Assembly (NCBI RefSeq): GCF_030028105.1
Contig: NC_092378.1
Location: 63,133,107 to 63,197,106 of the forward strand
Length of the DNA: 64,000 nucleotides
DNA from: Mobula birostris
Lineage: Eukaryota
Direction of reading: 5' to 3'
The position numbers and the translations under genes were made by a program. The number at the start of each line of letters is the position of its first letter. Position 1 is the first letter of the stretch. Shown here in pieces: positions 1-26,000 of the stretch. The notes under the pieces were generated by a model. It saw nothing but the letters and a program-made list of their open reading frames with translations, searched no databases and was not told the DNA's origin.

Positions 1-209
1 TTGATGTAGAAAGCTAGCCAAAGATCTTTATGGAAGACAGAAGAGGCTCAAAGGCGACTCCTGCTTATAACTGTGTCAGACGTGACTTGCATGTGGAGAT
101 TGTGCCATTTTAACCAATTGTCAGAAAATATTAATCAAATACCCCTTGTGATCATGTGATGCATACACCTGTATATAATGCTTCTTTAATACAGTTAAAC
201 ATGATGCTT

Positions 210-456
210 CATGAGCCATTATCAGAGTCAATCTATGGACTCACTTTCAAGGACTCTTCATCTCATGTTCTCAATATTTATTGCTTTATTTTGTATTTGC
301 AGTTTGTTGTCTTTTGCACATTGGTTGTCTGTCTTTGTGTGCAGTTTTTCATTAATTCTATTGTTTTGTTGCACTTGCTGTGAATGCCCACACAAATGAA
401 TCTCAAGGTTGTATATGGTGACAATGTGTGTAATTTGATAAATTTACCTTGAACTT
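210..456 (+). mobile_element. 3' end of a Rex/Babar-like LINE family
   Basis: The same 3' tail (...gaatctcaaggttgtatatggtgac...tttgataataaatttactttgaactttga-like) recurs at 2494-2705 and 56100-56380, and is attached to RT-coding copies at 42288-43790. Confidence 0.55.
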
Positions 457-1094
457 TGATTAGCTGAAGTATATTGTTGGTTTCTAAATTCACTGTTACA
501 GTTGAAACACAAACCAAGCAAATTCCATGCTGTCTCCCTGTCAGCACCTGCACATGGCCTTGAGTGGAAATCCAATACTACAGTTGGGGAACAATGTTTA
601 AAATTAAGGGGTTACCTATTTCAGATGGACAAGGCAAAATATTCTCTCTCAGAGAATCATGAGTATTGAAAACTCAAAGGATTGTAGAAGCAGTCTGAAT
701 ATTTTTAAGGATAGATTTTTGATAAGCAAATAGGTGAAAAGGTTACTCTAGGTGAAAAGTTTACTCTAGGTAAGACTGGGGAATATGGTGTTGAGGCATG
801 ATCCTATTGACTAGCAGGGCATAAATTGCCTACTCCCTTGCCTAGTTAAAAGTTTGTATTCCTTGCAACAAAAATCTAAAATGACATACCATGGTATGAC
901 CAAGGGAATATTGCATTTCAAAGTCCGAGGGTTGTACAGCACAGAAATAGGACCTTCGGCTCAACTCATTCATGCTGACCTGCGCTACTCCCATTTGCCT
1001 GCATTTGGCCCTTATCCCTGCAAGTCTTTTCTACCAATCTACTGAGCCAAATGCTTTCTCCACATTGTAATTTAACCTGCCTCTTCAAGGATAC

Positions 1095-2222
1095 AGTGAT
1101 ATATTAAGGATATAGATTAGTTGCAGATACGTGCAGAGAAATGGCAGATGGAGTTTAACTCGTATAAATGTGAGGTGTTGAACCTTGGTAGAGCAAATAC
1201 AAGGATACAGTACAGTGTTAAGGGCAAGACCCAGTGTTGCTGAGCAGAGAGAGTTTGGGATCCAAGTTCATAGCTCCATGAAAGTAGCTATACCAATGAA
1301 TAGGGTGGGTAGGAAGGCTCATATAGTTAGTCTGTCTCTCTGTTTCCCCCTCCCCCCCAGTGGAGTCATCTGTCTTGGGCATCTGAAATCTGGCGGAGCC
1401 CATCCCTGTCTAGGATTTTTTTTCCATGAAATCGCGTTGCTAGCTCAACACTCAGCCCAGGCACAAATGGAGAGCGTGTAAGGGAGACGGCCGGATTTGA
1501 ACTCAGGACCTCTCGCCCCGAAGTCCAGCGCTGATGTCACTATGCCACCAGCCAGCCTTTGCTTTTACTAGTTGAGGCATTGAGTTTAATAAAATTTTAA
1601 AAAAATTTAAAAAAAAAAAAAAAAAAATCTAGAGGTTATGTTGCAATTTTATACAGGTCTGGTTAGGCTACTTCTGGAGTACTACATACACTTAGGAAGG
1701 ATGCTGAGGCTTTGGAGAGGATGCAGAAGTAGTTTACCAGGCTACTGCCTGGTTTAGAGGGCATGAGCTTTCATGAGAAGCAGGACAAACTTGGTTGTTT
1801 TCTTTGGAGTGGCAGAAGCTGAGGGGAGATCTAATAGAGGTTTGTATGTTTGAGATGCATAGATAGAGTAGACAGGGAGTATCTCTTTCCCAGGATTGAA
1901 ATGCCTAACACCAAAAGGCATGCACTGAAAGTGAGAGGGGTATGTTCAAAGGGGATGTGAGGGGTAAGCTTTTTTTAACTCAGAATGGTGGATACCTGGA
2001 ATGTGCTGCCTGGTATGGTGGTGGAGGTAAATGCATTGGAGGCCTTTAAGAGATGTTTAGATAGGCACATGAATGTGAGGAAGATGGAGGAATATGGACA
2101 TAATGTAGATAGGAGGGATTAATGTTTGGGTGTATTTAATTTACTCTTTAGCTGGTTCAGCACAACATTGTCAGCTGAAGGGCCTGTTTCTATGCTGTAC
2201 TGTTCTACATTCAATGTTCTAA
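1095..2222 (+). mobile_element. Degenerate CR1-type LINE 3' portion
   Basis: CR1 RT C-terminal motifs (WQMEFN, LGVQVH-like, ERMQK) and the typical 3' end (gaagggcctgtttctatgctgtactgttcta); interrupted by a SINE. Confidence 0.7.
1330..1555 (-). mobile_element. tRNA-derived SINE inserted in the CR1
   Basis: Minus strand starts GGCTGGTGGCATAGTGAC (A box) and contains GAGTTCAAATCC (B box); CpG retained; no full cloverleaf. Confidence 0.7.
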
Positions 2223-3583
2223 TGTCTTCTGGCATCTGAGTCCTGTGTGGGGGGGGGAATATGCCCCTTGGTCCCCTTTTATTTTTTTTCCCCTCTCCTT
2301 AGACACTCACCCTAGGAAAAAGACAGTAAACATTTACCTTATTTATGCATCTCATGATTTTAAATATAGTTACTTCTCGGCCTCCTATGGTCCAAGAAAC
2401 AAAAATTCCAACTATCCTTGTAACTCAAGCCCTCCAGTCCTGGTTACATCCTTGTGAATCTTTTCTGTATCCTTTCTAGCTTAATGACATATCAAGGATT
2501 TTACAACTCATGTTCTCAGTATTAATTGTTTATATTTGCATAGTTTGTCTTTTGTTCATGTCTTTGCAAGTCTTGTTTGAGTATAGTTTTTTCATTGATT
2601 TCCTTGTATTTCCTTTTCCTCTGAATGTCTGGGGAAAAAAAATGAATTCCAAGGTAGTATATGATTACATATGTGTACTTTGATAACAAATATCTTCTTT
2701 GAACATCCTTCTGGGGAACCAGAACTGCACACAAGTGTGAATAATCTTAGGATGTGATATTAAACATTGGCCCTTGCTGCCATCTTATACGTGAAAAAAT
2801 CACGAAAATAAATCCTGATGTCTTGGTCAATACTTATCTCTTTCACCATCACCAAGGCAATTTATTAAGGGATTATCACTGGAAGTGGTTTATTATTGCT
2901 ACATGCACTGAGATACAGAGATAAACTTGTATACTGTTCCTACGTATCAATTCACTACACAGTTCATTGAAGTAGAACAAACTAAAACACAAAATGCAGA
3001 ATAAAGTGCAATAGTTACAGTCAATGTGTAGTGCTGGTAGAAAATAAGATGTACAATCATAACGAAGTAGAGAGCTTATGCACAAACTTGTTGCCTAAAT
3101 AATTAAGTATGGTATAAATTGGAAGGCGCTGTGAGACTGCGTACAGACAAATTGAATGTGAAAGGCACTTTATAACATTTCCGCACAGATTTCTGTAGAC
3201 TGTTTACTCTTAAGATTAAAGTTCAATTTTATGTGACAGGAATCTTCCACATCCATATATTCTCTGTAAGTGTATAAACTTTGTTTAAACAAATAAAGCC
3301 AAGACTCACCAGGATGTTGTGCTCTTGTCAAGCCCTCCCGCTTTCTCCGGGCCCGGAGTATCTGCTGTTTCCATCGCAACCGTTTCCTGGACTCGTTACC
3401 AAGGTAAACGGCTGGAGACCCCAGTCACACAACCCCGGAAGGATATATATTTTAAAAATTCAATTTTTTCTATAGAATGGAATATTGCACGATCACGACA
3501 AGTAACATCATAAAAAATACTGAGCTCAGAACTTAACAATTTAAAAAAAACTTTGAACCATTTGCGCTGGAGCCGCCCCTCCG

Positions 3584-3706
3584 CCAATTGGAGCGAGCCA
3601 CGCTCTCGACGTAGGAGATGGTACATGGAAGGCGGTGATTGGTCAAACTGTTTTCGCACTCGAGTCTGACTGGCGGGCTGCTTTTTGCGTGGTTCGCTGT
3701 GATTGG
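3584..3706. promoter_or_regulatory. HSP90B1 promoter with ER-stress response elements (ERSE)
   Basis: CCAAT-N9-CCACG at 3584-3602 (+), a perfect reverse copy at 3688-3706, and a one-mismatch reverse copy (CCAAT-N9-CCATG) at 3624-3642. GC boxes nearby; CpG-rich ~3560-4110. Confidence 0.9.
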
Positions 3707-3868
3707 CTGGCCTGCGCGGCCTTGTGGCCCCGCCCCTCTCTCGCCTAAGTGGTTTTAGCGAAGGACCGGAGGGAAGCGGTGGCGGTATTGCGTGGTCGGT
3801 CAGCCGAGGCAGTTGGGGGGTGAATCCAGAGCCAAGCGCAAGGAGTTGAGGCTCTCCAATCGGGAATA

Positions 3869-16435
<12,567 letters not shown>

Positions 16436-18717
16436 GGGATTAATTACTATCATTAATCTACATTGAATAGGGAGATGTATACTGCTGGGATGTGAAACCA
16501 TTGAACAGAATGTTGAAGAACAAATGATTCATTCATCCCTATTAAAAGGTCTAGGAGGGCAAAGGAGTTTTGTATGTTATTTACATTCCTTGTGGAAGTG
16601 AAATGACTGTAAATTTGTAATATTTAAAATGACAATTTCTTGTGAAGTGTCATGTAAACCATAAATAAAACTTTTCCACAAACTCAAACTTGTTTATGTT
16701 TATTTAATATTTCTTCAGAATCTCACTTGTGGCACAGCTCATTAGTATTGGTGAAGATTGGGATATGGGGGTTGCTGTTGGGGAAGGAGAGAATGTAGAC
16801 AGCAGGCGAGGATATAGCTGATGTCTGGGAAGGGTTGTTTTAGAGGACTTTTTGAAAAGACCTATTAAATGGCGAGACCTTGGATATTAGTGTTTTAGGT
16901 AATAATGATTATGCAGCTTCAAATAGCTGGTTATTGCAATATGATTTGAGTACAAGAATGGGGTTTATTTGGGTCTGGACCTGAAGTATTTACTATTGGT
17001 CTTAAAAATATATATTTGCATTAGAGTGACTGTAAAGCATATTTGCTTGTAGCAAAGATTTGCCACATGCAATTTTCCTCTTTGTAGATATATAGATTGG
17101 TCCTGAGCCTTTAAGTGTGGGAATGAAATATGCAATTCCTAAGGGCTTCTAATAGTCTTGGCCATAGGAAAACATCCTCTCTGCATTGACTGTTACTGAT
17201 TCAGTCTCAATAAAGGATTATATTAAGCTATATCATGCTATATAGCTTAGTCTACATTAATAATACATGTATTGCACTACTGTTACTGCAAAATGTATTT
17301 CTCATATGTCAATGATAATTAACCTGACCGATACCCTATTTTTTAGTGCAGTAAATGAGCATAAAGATGATTGGGCAATGTTTGCCTTTGTATCTGGTAT
17401 ATAACTTGATGCCAGGTGGTGTATTCTGCTTTTTGTATCTTTGCCTTGCTGGCCCATTTCAGATAACACTCAAATTGCTGAGGGATAGAAGTACAGATGA
17501 AGCTCGCTGATGACCTTCCCTTAAGAACATTAGTGATTTCATTGTGCATAGGGTCTTCTGGTGATCACCAGCTTTATTCTAGCTCAGTGAATAAGCAATT
17601 AACAGATGATACAGGGGTTCAACTTCTACCAAGGAAACTGGGTAATTTAAATTCAAGTAATTAATACAAACCTAGATTTTTTTTAAATCACTGCTCTAAG
17701 TAGGTTATTGTAAAAGCCCTTTTAGTTTAATATTTCATGAAGTGTCCCGTCCTCATTGTATATGGCTTATTTAATTTCAGATCTGCTAATTCAGTTGACT
17801 TTCTTCTCAGGTTAGGAGTAATTAGAGATAGAATTTGTATTTATTGTACAGTAATGTCCATATCCTCCAATAATTTTAAGTGAATTTGACTTCTAAAGTG
17901 AAGTTTGATTTCTTTTTACATCACTACAAGATTGGTGTGATTTGCCTGGTTCTTATATAAATGGATTTTCTGAATGAATTATATTGCATCATATTCGAAA
18001 TAATTGGCTGATTCAGATTCATCTATCAAATGTACATCAAAACACAGTGAAATGTATCATTTGCATTAAATAACAAAACCTAAGGAAGTGGTTGGGGTAG
18101 CCTGCAAGTGTGCCCAAACATTCTGATGCCAATATGTCATACCCACAATGTACCATAGAACAATAACTACACAAGCTCCTTTCCTCCCTCTCATCCACCA
18201 CTCTCACACAGTACTACAGGAATGGCTGTCAGCCCTTGACTTATAGGCTTAGATCTTTGCTACTATCAGACTTGCCAGTGTCATTATCCTGAACTCCAGG
18301 CTCAGGGTTGTCAATGAAGACTCTGGTTATCCAAATCTCATTTTCCCAACCCCAAGACGTATCTCATCATAGTCATCAGCCTTATGATAGGTTGTCTAAT
18401 GCAAGACAATTCAAAGCTCTTGTAACCCCGTTTACAGGTAACGTTAAGTGTAGTTTAAGCATATACTGTAAATTTGAATCTTGAATTTTCACATCAATAT
18501 AGCTGCTTCAGACATTTGTCAGTTTCATCTTGGAGCAAATAAAGGATTTTGGATAATGCCAGGCAAGTGCCAGAAGTAACAATGACGACAAACAAACCAA
18601 TGTAATCAGTAACCTTGAACAAAAACAAATATGCTCAAGTTCAAGTATATTTATTTGTAGCAATGTACACTCAAGGAAAATTTGTGACCTCAACAAAAAT
18701 GACCTCAAAGTACATAT

Positions 18718-18946
18718 TGAGTGGTGAATCTGTGGAATTCTCTGCCACAGGAAACAGTTGAGGCCAGTTCATTGGCTATATTTAAGAGGGAGTTAGATAT
18801 GGCCCTTGTGGCTATGGGGGTCAGGGGGTATGGAGGGAAGGCTGGGGCGGGGTTCTGAGTTTGATGATCAACCATGATCATAATAAATGGCGGTGCAGGC
18901 TCAAAGGGCTGAATGGCCCACTCCACCTATTTTCTATGTTTCTATA
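18718..18946 (+). mobile_element. Young CR1 (HER1-like) LINE 3' end
   Basis: VVNLWNSLP-coding motif, 3' UTR and (TTTCTATG)n tail; a reverse copy of the same end lies at 27444-27558. Confidence 0.7.
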
Positions 18947-19485
18947 TTTAGTTAAGGCCATCTTAATCAGATTTGGCTTCAGTAGAAAATGTATATATTT
19001 ACATTGCATCTCCCCACAATACCATGGATTCTAGTTAACATCTGCACAAGAATATAAATATCTACATAAAGTTTACATTAGATTAATTCAGTTAACCAAG
19101 TTGGTGTTTGCATTAAGAGTCACTTTAGGTCACATCAAGTATATACAATTTTGTTCATATGAATAAATCTGCTATAAGGATCACAATTTCAGGGTACAAT
19201 CATAGACTTCAAATCAATTTGTTTTCTTTTAACACATGTCACTGGTCAGGATGAATGGTCAATAGGTGTTAATCTGTAACCCAAAGATGGATGTGGTAAA
19301 TTATTTTTCTCACTTTAACTGCAATGTATAAAGTGGATGCAACTGCACTCTTTGAGACCACTTAAAAGTTATCACAGAAAATCTAGACTGCAAAACAATG
19401 TGTAATTAACTTTACAGTTTTAGGTCAATCTCTTTAGCTGTTGTTTATATATTTTATGAGAATGGGTCTTCTTGCTTTGTTTCCT

Positions 19486-21398
19486 TCAGTGTTTTTCAGA
19501 GTTATGAGTCTGAATTTTATCTTTGAGTCCAAGAAGCTCTGTTTTAAGTTCACCTGGTTTGGGTGGAATTTCTGGTATACTCTAAAAATAAAAATAGGAA
19601 ATTATAAAGTTTAGCAGGGAATAGAAGCATAACAGGCAAATGAGTTCAGAAAAATATCTAAAAACTGCTGAATAAATAAAACCGAATCTTAATATTTTTA
19701 ACACCATTTTTATTTTATTTAGAGAGAGCACAGTAACAGGCCCTTCCAACCCAACAAGTCCACCCTGCCCAATTACACCCATGTGACCCAATAACCTACT
19801 CACCTGTACATCTTTGGAATGTGGGAGGAAAGTGGAGCACCTGGAGGAAATCTATACAGTCATGAGGAGAACATACAAATTTCTTACAGGAATTTAACCT
19901 GGGTCACCAATATTGCAATACCACGGGCAACGGGAATTTAACCCGGGTCACCAATATTGTAATACCATGCTGCCCCTAAAGTAATGTTTAGCCTTTAACT
20001 GTAATGAATCACTTGACTTCACTTAACTTTACCAATGACCTTCTGATTTGGTGGGACAGATTTTGCAACAGCAATTAATCACCTACTTTCCCCACTGCTT
20101 CCAGATACTCAAAAAACACCACTCCTCTGTTCCCAAACTATCCAGATTTACAAAATACCTTGGTAAAGGATCTACCAATACCGATGCATAATTCCTTGAA
20201 ACTGGTGTCACAGGTAGATAGGATCATATAGAGAGCTTGTGGCATATTGGCCTTCATAACTCAGAATATTGAGTATAGGAGTTGGGGTATTATGTTGAAG
20301 ATGTACAAGACATCGGTGAGGCCATACTGCGTGCAGTTCTTAGATCACTGAGGTTGGGTGAGACTAGAACCAGAACTTGTATCAGAGCTCACAACAAAGG
20401 GATCATGGATTCAGTGCACACCTTGAAAATAAGTGTAACACGCTGTAAGGTTTCACTGCTAAGGCGAATGTAATGGTTTCTATGTAATGTTCCACTGCTA
20501 AGGAAATGGTTTCTCTGTAGCAGCAAGGTTTGGGTTATGACTAGAGATAACGGGGCATGTTAAAAATGAGGGGACGTTGTTCTTTTTTGTGTGTCTGGGA
20601 GCCGGGATTTCGTGGTTTTTCATCGGGAAGCGATGGAGAGAGAGGACGTGAATGGAGAGAGTTGGTAGACCACCGGATGGAGGGGACTGAGGAGCAAAGG
20701 TCTGAGGGCCGGCTATGCTCGGAAGTCGACAGGAACAAATGAACGAACAGTGAGCTCCAACGTTGAGCAATAGACTGTTTCATGAGAATGGGCCCTCTTT
20801 TTTTTGTTTCTTTACTAACCACAGTCAAATTAAGAATTATAAAGCTCAATCGTTTAATCACATATTGTGTACTGTTTTATATTTTGCGGTGCGGGTTTGT
20901 AACTGGGCAACACATCACACAGCATCCACACAAACGAGATTTCTCATTTTGGCAGGGCCAGAGGCTGTTCTCCCCTAGACGACCACGGGCTGGCCGAACC
21001 TGAGAACCTGAGGACCTGAGGGTTACATGAGCTTCTCAAACTTAACCATGAATGGAGAAACATTAGAGCCCTCTGTTGCAAATAATTACAGATAATAAAG
21101 GTTGAAGGAAGTGGAAATTAAAACTGGAAAACAACTAAGGAGTCCACATCCTAGAGGCAAGCGATCAGCACAGACCCAAGATGAATTTGCCTACACCATG
21201 CTCACCAATCAAAGAATATTAAAGTAAAGGATACAAAGTTAGAGAGGTGAACAAACCAAAGAGAAACAGAATTTGTGAGTTCTCACTCACCAAATCCGGT
21301 CTGTAGTATCTGTGCACTACTTCTGCTCCTGCAAACATTGTCAGGATGCTTGTTCCCAACATCATTAAGTAACGGGGCCAGGATACTCCTGCTGGCAT
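19486..21398 (-). CDS. UQCC6: Mitochondrial complex III assembly microprotein BRAWNIN (C12orf73), 67 aa, two coding exons
   Basis: Exons 21398-21291 (MPAGVSWPRYLMMLGTSILTMFAGAEVVHRYYRPDL) and 19581-19486 (SIPEIPPKPGELKTELLGLKDKIQTHNSEKH*) with GT/AG sites. Matches the recalled BRAWNIN motifs AGAEVVHRYYRPDL and IPEIPPKxGELKTELLGLK; syntenic position between HSP90B1 and TDG. Confidence 0.93.
19730..19975 (-). mobile_element. V-SINE/HE1-like SINE
   Basis: Reverse V-SINE core (tttggaatgtgggaggaaa..ggagcacctggaggaaa) plus a CR1-derived tail. Confidence 0.6.
20434..21027. mobile_element. Solo LTR (Gypsy/ERV-type)
   Basis: TGTAAC...GTTACA termini, 594 bp, flanks TAAG/TGAG (4-bp TSD with one mismatch), internal short direct repeats, CpG retained. 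Confidence 0.7.
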
Positions 21399-21649
21399 CT
21401 TTACTTGATCATAAAAGTCTCCTTAGTAATGCTGACAGCTGTGATATAAACATCAGATTACACATTATTAATTTACAACTTTGCTCAAATTACACTGCAA
21501 TTAACAGATGTAATATACCAATTACAGAAAATAAATTAATGTAAATACATTTGCACTCTTCCTCCCTACAAAAATGATGTTTATTCAATATGGCAAGTAC
21601 AAGTTACATAGAATGTCCAGCACATAAATGAAACATAATGCTATAACTC

Positions 21650-24600
21650 TGTGGATGAACCAGGTGGTTCCTAGTCTGCTGAGGGCTAGATCAGTGGCAT
21701 TTAAGTCTGACGATCCAGGTCTGTATAAGAAAACCAGATATGAATTGCAGAGGGCTACTTCAAGAGCCAAGAAACAGTTCCAGGAAAGGTTAGAGGCAAT
21801 ATCAAATGCACGTGAACTCCGGCGAGGTTTGCAGGCCATTAAAGCAAAGCTACAAAGCAAAACCTAACCTCATGAATGGCAGCGATGTTTCACTACCAGA
21901 CGAGCTCAATGCCTTGTATGCTCACTTTGAAAGGGAGAATAAAACCACAGCTATGATCTCTGTCTCAGAAGATGATGTCAGGCTGTCTTTCAAGAGGGTG
22001 AACCCTCGCAAGGCAACAGGGCCTGATGGTGTACCAGGTAAGGCTCCAAAACCTGTGCCAACCAACTGACAGGGGTATTCAAAGATATTTTCAATCTCTC
22101 ATTGCTATGGTCAAAATTTCCCACCGGCTTAAAAAGAGCGACAATTATAACAATGCCCAAGAAGAGCAGCGTGAGATGCCTCAATGCCTATCATCTAGTA
22201 GCACTCACATCTACAGAGAGGAAATGCTTTGAGAGGTTAGCCACGGCTGGAATCAACACCTGTCTCAGGAAGGACCTGGAACCACTGCAATTTGCCTATC
22301 GCCACAATAGGTCTACAGCAGACACGATCTCAATGGCTGTCCACACAGCCTTGGATCACCTGGACGATGCAAATACCTATGTCAGGATGCTGCTTATTGA
22401 TTATACCTCAGCATTTAACACCATCATTCCTACAGTCCTGATTGAAAAGCTAAAGAACCTAGGCCTCCATACCTCCCTCTGCAACTGGATCCTCGACTTT
22501 CCAACCAGAAGACCACAATCTATGCAGATTAGAAATAACATCTCCACCTTGCTGAGAATTAACACTGGTGCTCCACAGAGATGCATGCTTAGCCCACTGC
22601 TCTACTCTCTCCACACCTATGACTGTGTGGCTAGACATAGCTCAAATGCCTTCTATAAATTTGCGATAATACAGTCATCGTTATCAGAATTTCAGATGGT
22701 GATGGCGTCGCAGCAACACCTTGCAATCAACAGCAACAAGACCAAAGTGTTGATTGTAGACTTCAGGAAGGGAAAGACAAGGAAACACAAACCATTCCTC
22801 ATAGAGGGATCAGAAGTGGAAAGAGTGAGCAACTTCAAGTTCCTGGGTATCAATATCTCTGAGGACCTAACCTAGTCCCAACATAATCGATGCAGCTATA
22901 AAGAAGGGAAGACAGCGGCTATATTTCATTAAGAGTTTGAGGAGATTTGGTTTCTTAACTAAAACACTCAAAAACTTCTACAAATATACTGTGGAGAGCA
23001 CTCTGACTGGCTGCAACACCATCTATGTGGTTTGATGTGGCCATCAAGCTTTACAACTCCTCCCTTGGAGGGTCAGACACCCGGAGCCAATAGGCTGGTC
23101 CTGGACTTATTCCCTGGCATAATTTACATATTACTATTTAATTACAAATGTTTGTATTTATGGTTTATTACTATTTAATTATTTATGATGCAACTGTAAC
23201 GAAAACCAATTTCCCCCGGGATCAATAAAGTATGACTATGACTATGACTATCTGGTATAGGGGCTACTGCAGAAGATCGAAATAAATTGCAGAAACTTGT
23301 ACAATTAGTCAGCTCCATCATGGGTACCAGCCTCCGTAATATCAAAGACATCTTCCAGTAGCCGTGCCTTGGGAAGCTGGCATCCATCGTTAAGGATCCC
23401 CACCACACAGGACATGACCTCTTCACAATGTTACCATCAGGAAGGAGGTAAAGGAACCTGAAGGCACACACTCAGTAATTCAAGAACAGCTTCTTCCCCT
23501 CTGCCATCAGATTTCTAAATGGACATTGAACGCTACCTCACTACTTTTTTTTATTTCTGTTTTTTTGCACTAATTATTTTAACATAATTATTTAATAATC
23601 ATATACAGTTTCAAGAAAAAGTTTGTGAACCCTTTACAATTACCTGGTTTTCTGCATTAATTACTCATAAAATGTGGTCTGATCTTCATTTAAGTCACAA
23701 GAATAGACAAACACAATCTGCCTAAACTAATAACACAAAAATAATTGTACATCTTCCCGTCAATACTGAGTACACCATTTAAACAATCAGAGTCTAAGTT
23801 CAAAAAAGGTATGTGAACCTCTGGGGTAATGCCTTCTACAAAAGCTATTTGGAGTCAGGTGTTCCAGTCAATGAGACGAGATTGAAGGTGTGGATTGTAG
23901 AGATGCTCTGCCCTATAAAAAAAGACACACAAAGTCAGGTTACTGACAGAGCCTGCTCTTCTCAAGAAAGATCTGTATATGTGCACCATGCCCAACCTAA
24001 ACAACTTTCACAGGACCTTAGAAGAAGAATTAGAGATGCATGAAACTAGAAAAGGCTACAAAAGCATTTCTAAAGATCTGAGTGTTCACCAGTCCACAGT
24101 GAGAGAAATTGTCTGCAGATGGAGGAAACTCAGTACTGTTGCTACTCTCCCTAGGAGTGGACAAAGATCATACCAACAGCACAATGTGCAATGCTGAAGG
24201 AGTTGAAAAAGAACCAAGGGTAATAGCAAAATACCTGAAACCTACAGAACTTGTTCATGTGTCCACTCTAAAAAAAACAACTGCACAAAACTAGTGTTCA
24301 TGGAAGGACACCATGGAAGAAACCATCGCTCTCCAAATAAAACATTGCTGCATGTCTCAAGGTTTGCAAAAGACCACCTGGATGTTCCGCAATGCTTCTG
24401 GGACAATGTTGTCGACAGATGAGACAAAAGTTGAACTTTTTGGCAGAAATGTGCACTGCTATGTTCGGAGGAAAAAGGGCACAGCACACCAACACCAAAA
24501 CCTCATCCCAACTGTGAAGCATGGTGGAAGGAGCATCAAGGTTTGGGGCTGCTTTGCTGCCTCAGGGCCTGGACAGCTTGCAATCGTCGAGAGAATTGTG

Positions 24601-25318
24601 AATTCAAAATTGTATCAAGACAATTTACAGGACAATGTCAGGGTAGTAGTCTGTCACTTGAAGCTTAATAGAAGTTGGACAACGAAACGAGACAATGATG
24701 CGAAACACAAGAGTAAGTCAACAGAATTGCTTAAATTAAGAAAATTCATGTTTTAGAATGGCCAAGTCAGAGTCCAGACCTTAACCCAATTGAGATGCTG
24801 TTGCATGACCTAAAGACGGCTGTTCATGCAAGGTATCCCAGAAATATTGATGAACTGAAACAGTTCTGTATGGAACAGTAGTCTAAAATTCCTCCTTGCC
24901 ATTGCGCAAGTCTGATCAGCAGCTACTGGAAACAATTGGTGGAGATTATTACTGCTAAAGGAGGTTTTATCAGTTATTAAATACAAGGGTTCACATACTT
25001 TTTCCAGCCTAGACTGTGAATGATTAAACAATGTGTTCAATAAAGACATGGAAAGTACAAATGTTTGTGTATTATTAGTTTAGGCAGATGGTGTTTGTCT
25101 ATTATTGTGACTTGGATGAAGATCAGACCACTTTTTATGAGTAATTAATGCAGAAAACCAGGTAATTGCAAAGGGTTCACAAACTCTTTGTTGCAACTAT
25201 ATATTCCTGACTCAGTTTTTCTTTCTCTATATTTATTTATCATGCATTTCATTGTACTGCTACCGTTAAGTTAACAAATCTCATGACATATGCCAGTGAT
25301 TAAATCTGATTCTGATTC
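21650..25318 (+). mobile_element. Degenerate Rex1/Babar-type LINE, interrupted by a second LINE end (23026-23250) and a Tc1 element
   Basis: RT motifs [34 protein letters not shown] and FKFLGINI in ORF 22102-22875; (TCTGAT)n tail at ~25305-25318. Confidence 0.85.
23606..25199 (+). mobile_element. Full-length Tc1-family (IR/DR) DNA transposon, transposase inactivated
   Basis: TA TSD, CAGT terminus, long TIRs. Transposase fragments GYKSISK, STDETKVELF, VKHGG, RDNDAKH and SPDLNPIE (DDE triad) with stops and frameshifts. Confidence 0.92.
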
Positions 25319-25589
25319 CCTGAAACAGCCCAACATGTGTCTGGATTGGGGGTTATGATCCAAACGAGTTTCCACATAAACCTTCACATATTCTATTCCT
25401 GCCTACACCCCAACCTGTTTATTTTGCTTTACATGTCATCTGTGAACTTTACATTGGATTTTGTGGTTTGTAAAAAGAGTTATCACTTCAATAGTTACTT
25501 ATTCCTTATTATGGGATTAAAACAATCTGATGCAAATATAGCACAAACATTATTTTGTTATAAACCCTCTCCTTCTTATCAACTAATAA

Positions 25590-26000
25590 AGTTAGGACTT
25601 TATTCCCTGGAGCATAAAATAATGAGGGGGATTTAATAAAGGTATACAAAATTATGAGGGGCATAGATAGGGTAAATGCAAACAAGCTTTTTCGACTGAA
25701 GTTTGGTGAGACTAGAACTAGAAGAGGTCGAGTTAAGGGTAAAGAATGAAATGTTTAAGGGAACATAAGGGGGAACTTCTTCACTCAGAGGGTTGTGAAA
25801 GTGTGGAAAGAACTGCCAGTGGAAGTGGTGAATGCAGGTTTGATTTCAACATTTAAGAGAAATTTGAATAGGTACATGGATGGGAGGGGTGTGGAGGGCT
25901 ATGGTCGGGTGCAGGTTGAAGGGACTACACAGCATAAGAGTTCGGCACTGATAAGATTGGCCGAAGGGCCTGTTTCTGTTCTGTGGTTTCTATGACTCAT
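25590..26000 (+). mobile_element. CR1-type LINE 3' end
   Basis: LGLYSLE...RG, FFTQRVV.VW..LP motifs and the gaagggcctgtttctg tail. Confidence 0.7.

Noticed and set aside
1485-1555. tRNA gene
   Set aside because: A and B boxes are present but there is no full cloverleaf; it continues into a SINE body inside a LINE.
1588-1628. Poly-A tract as a retrocopy tail
   Set aside because: It lies within a degenerate CR1, with no associated exon sequence or clear TSD.
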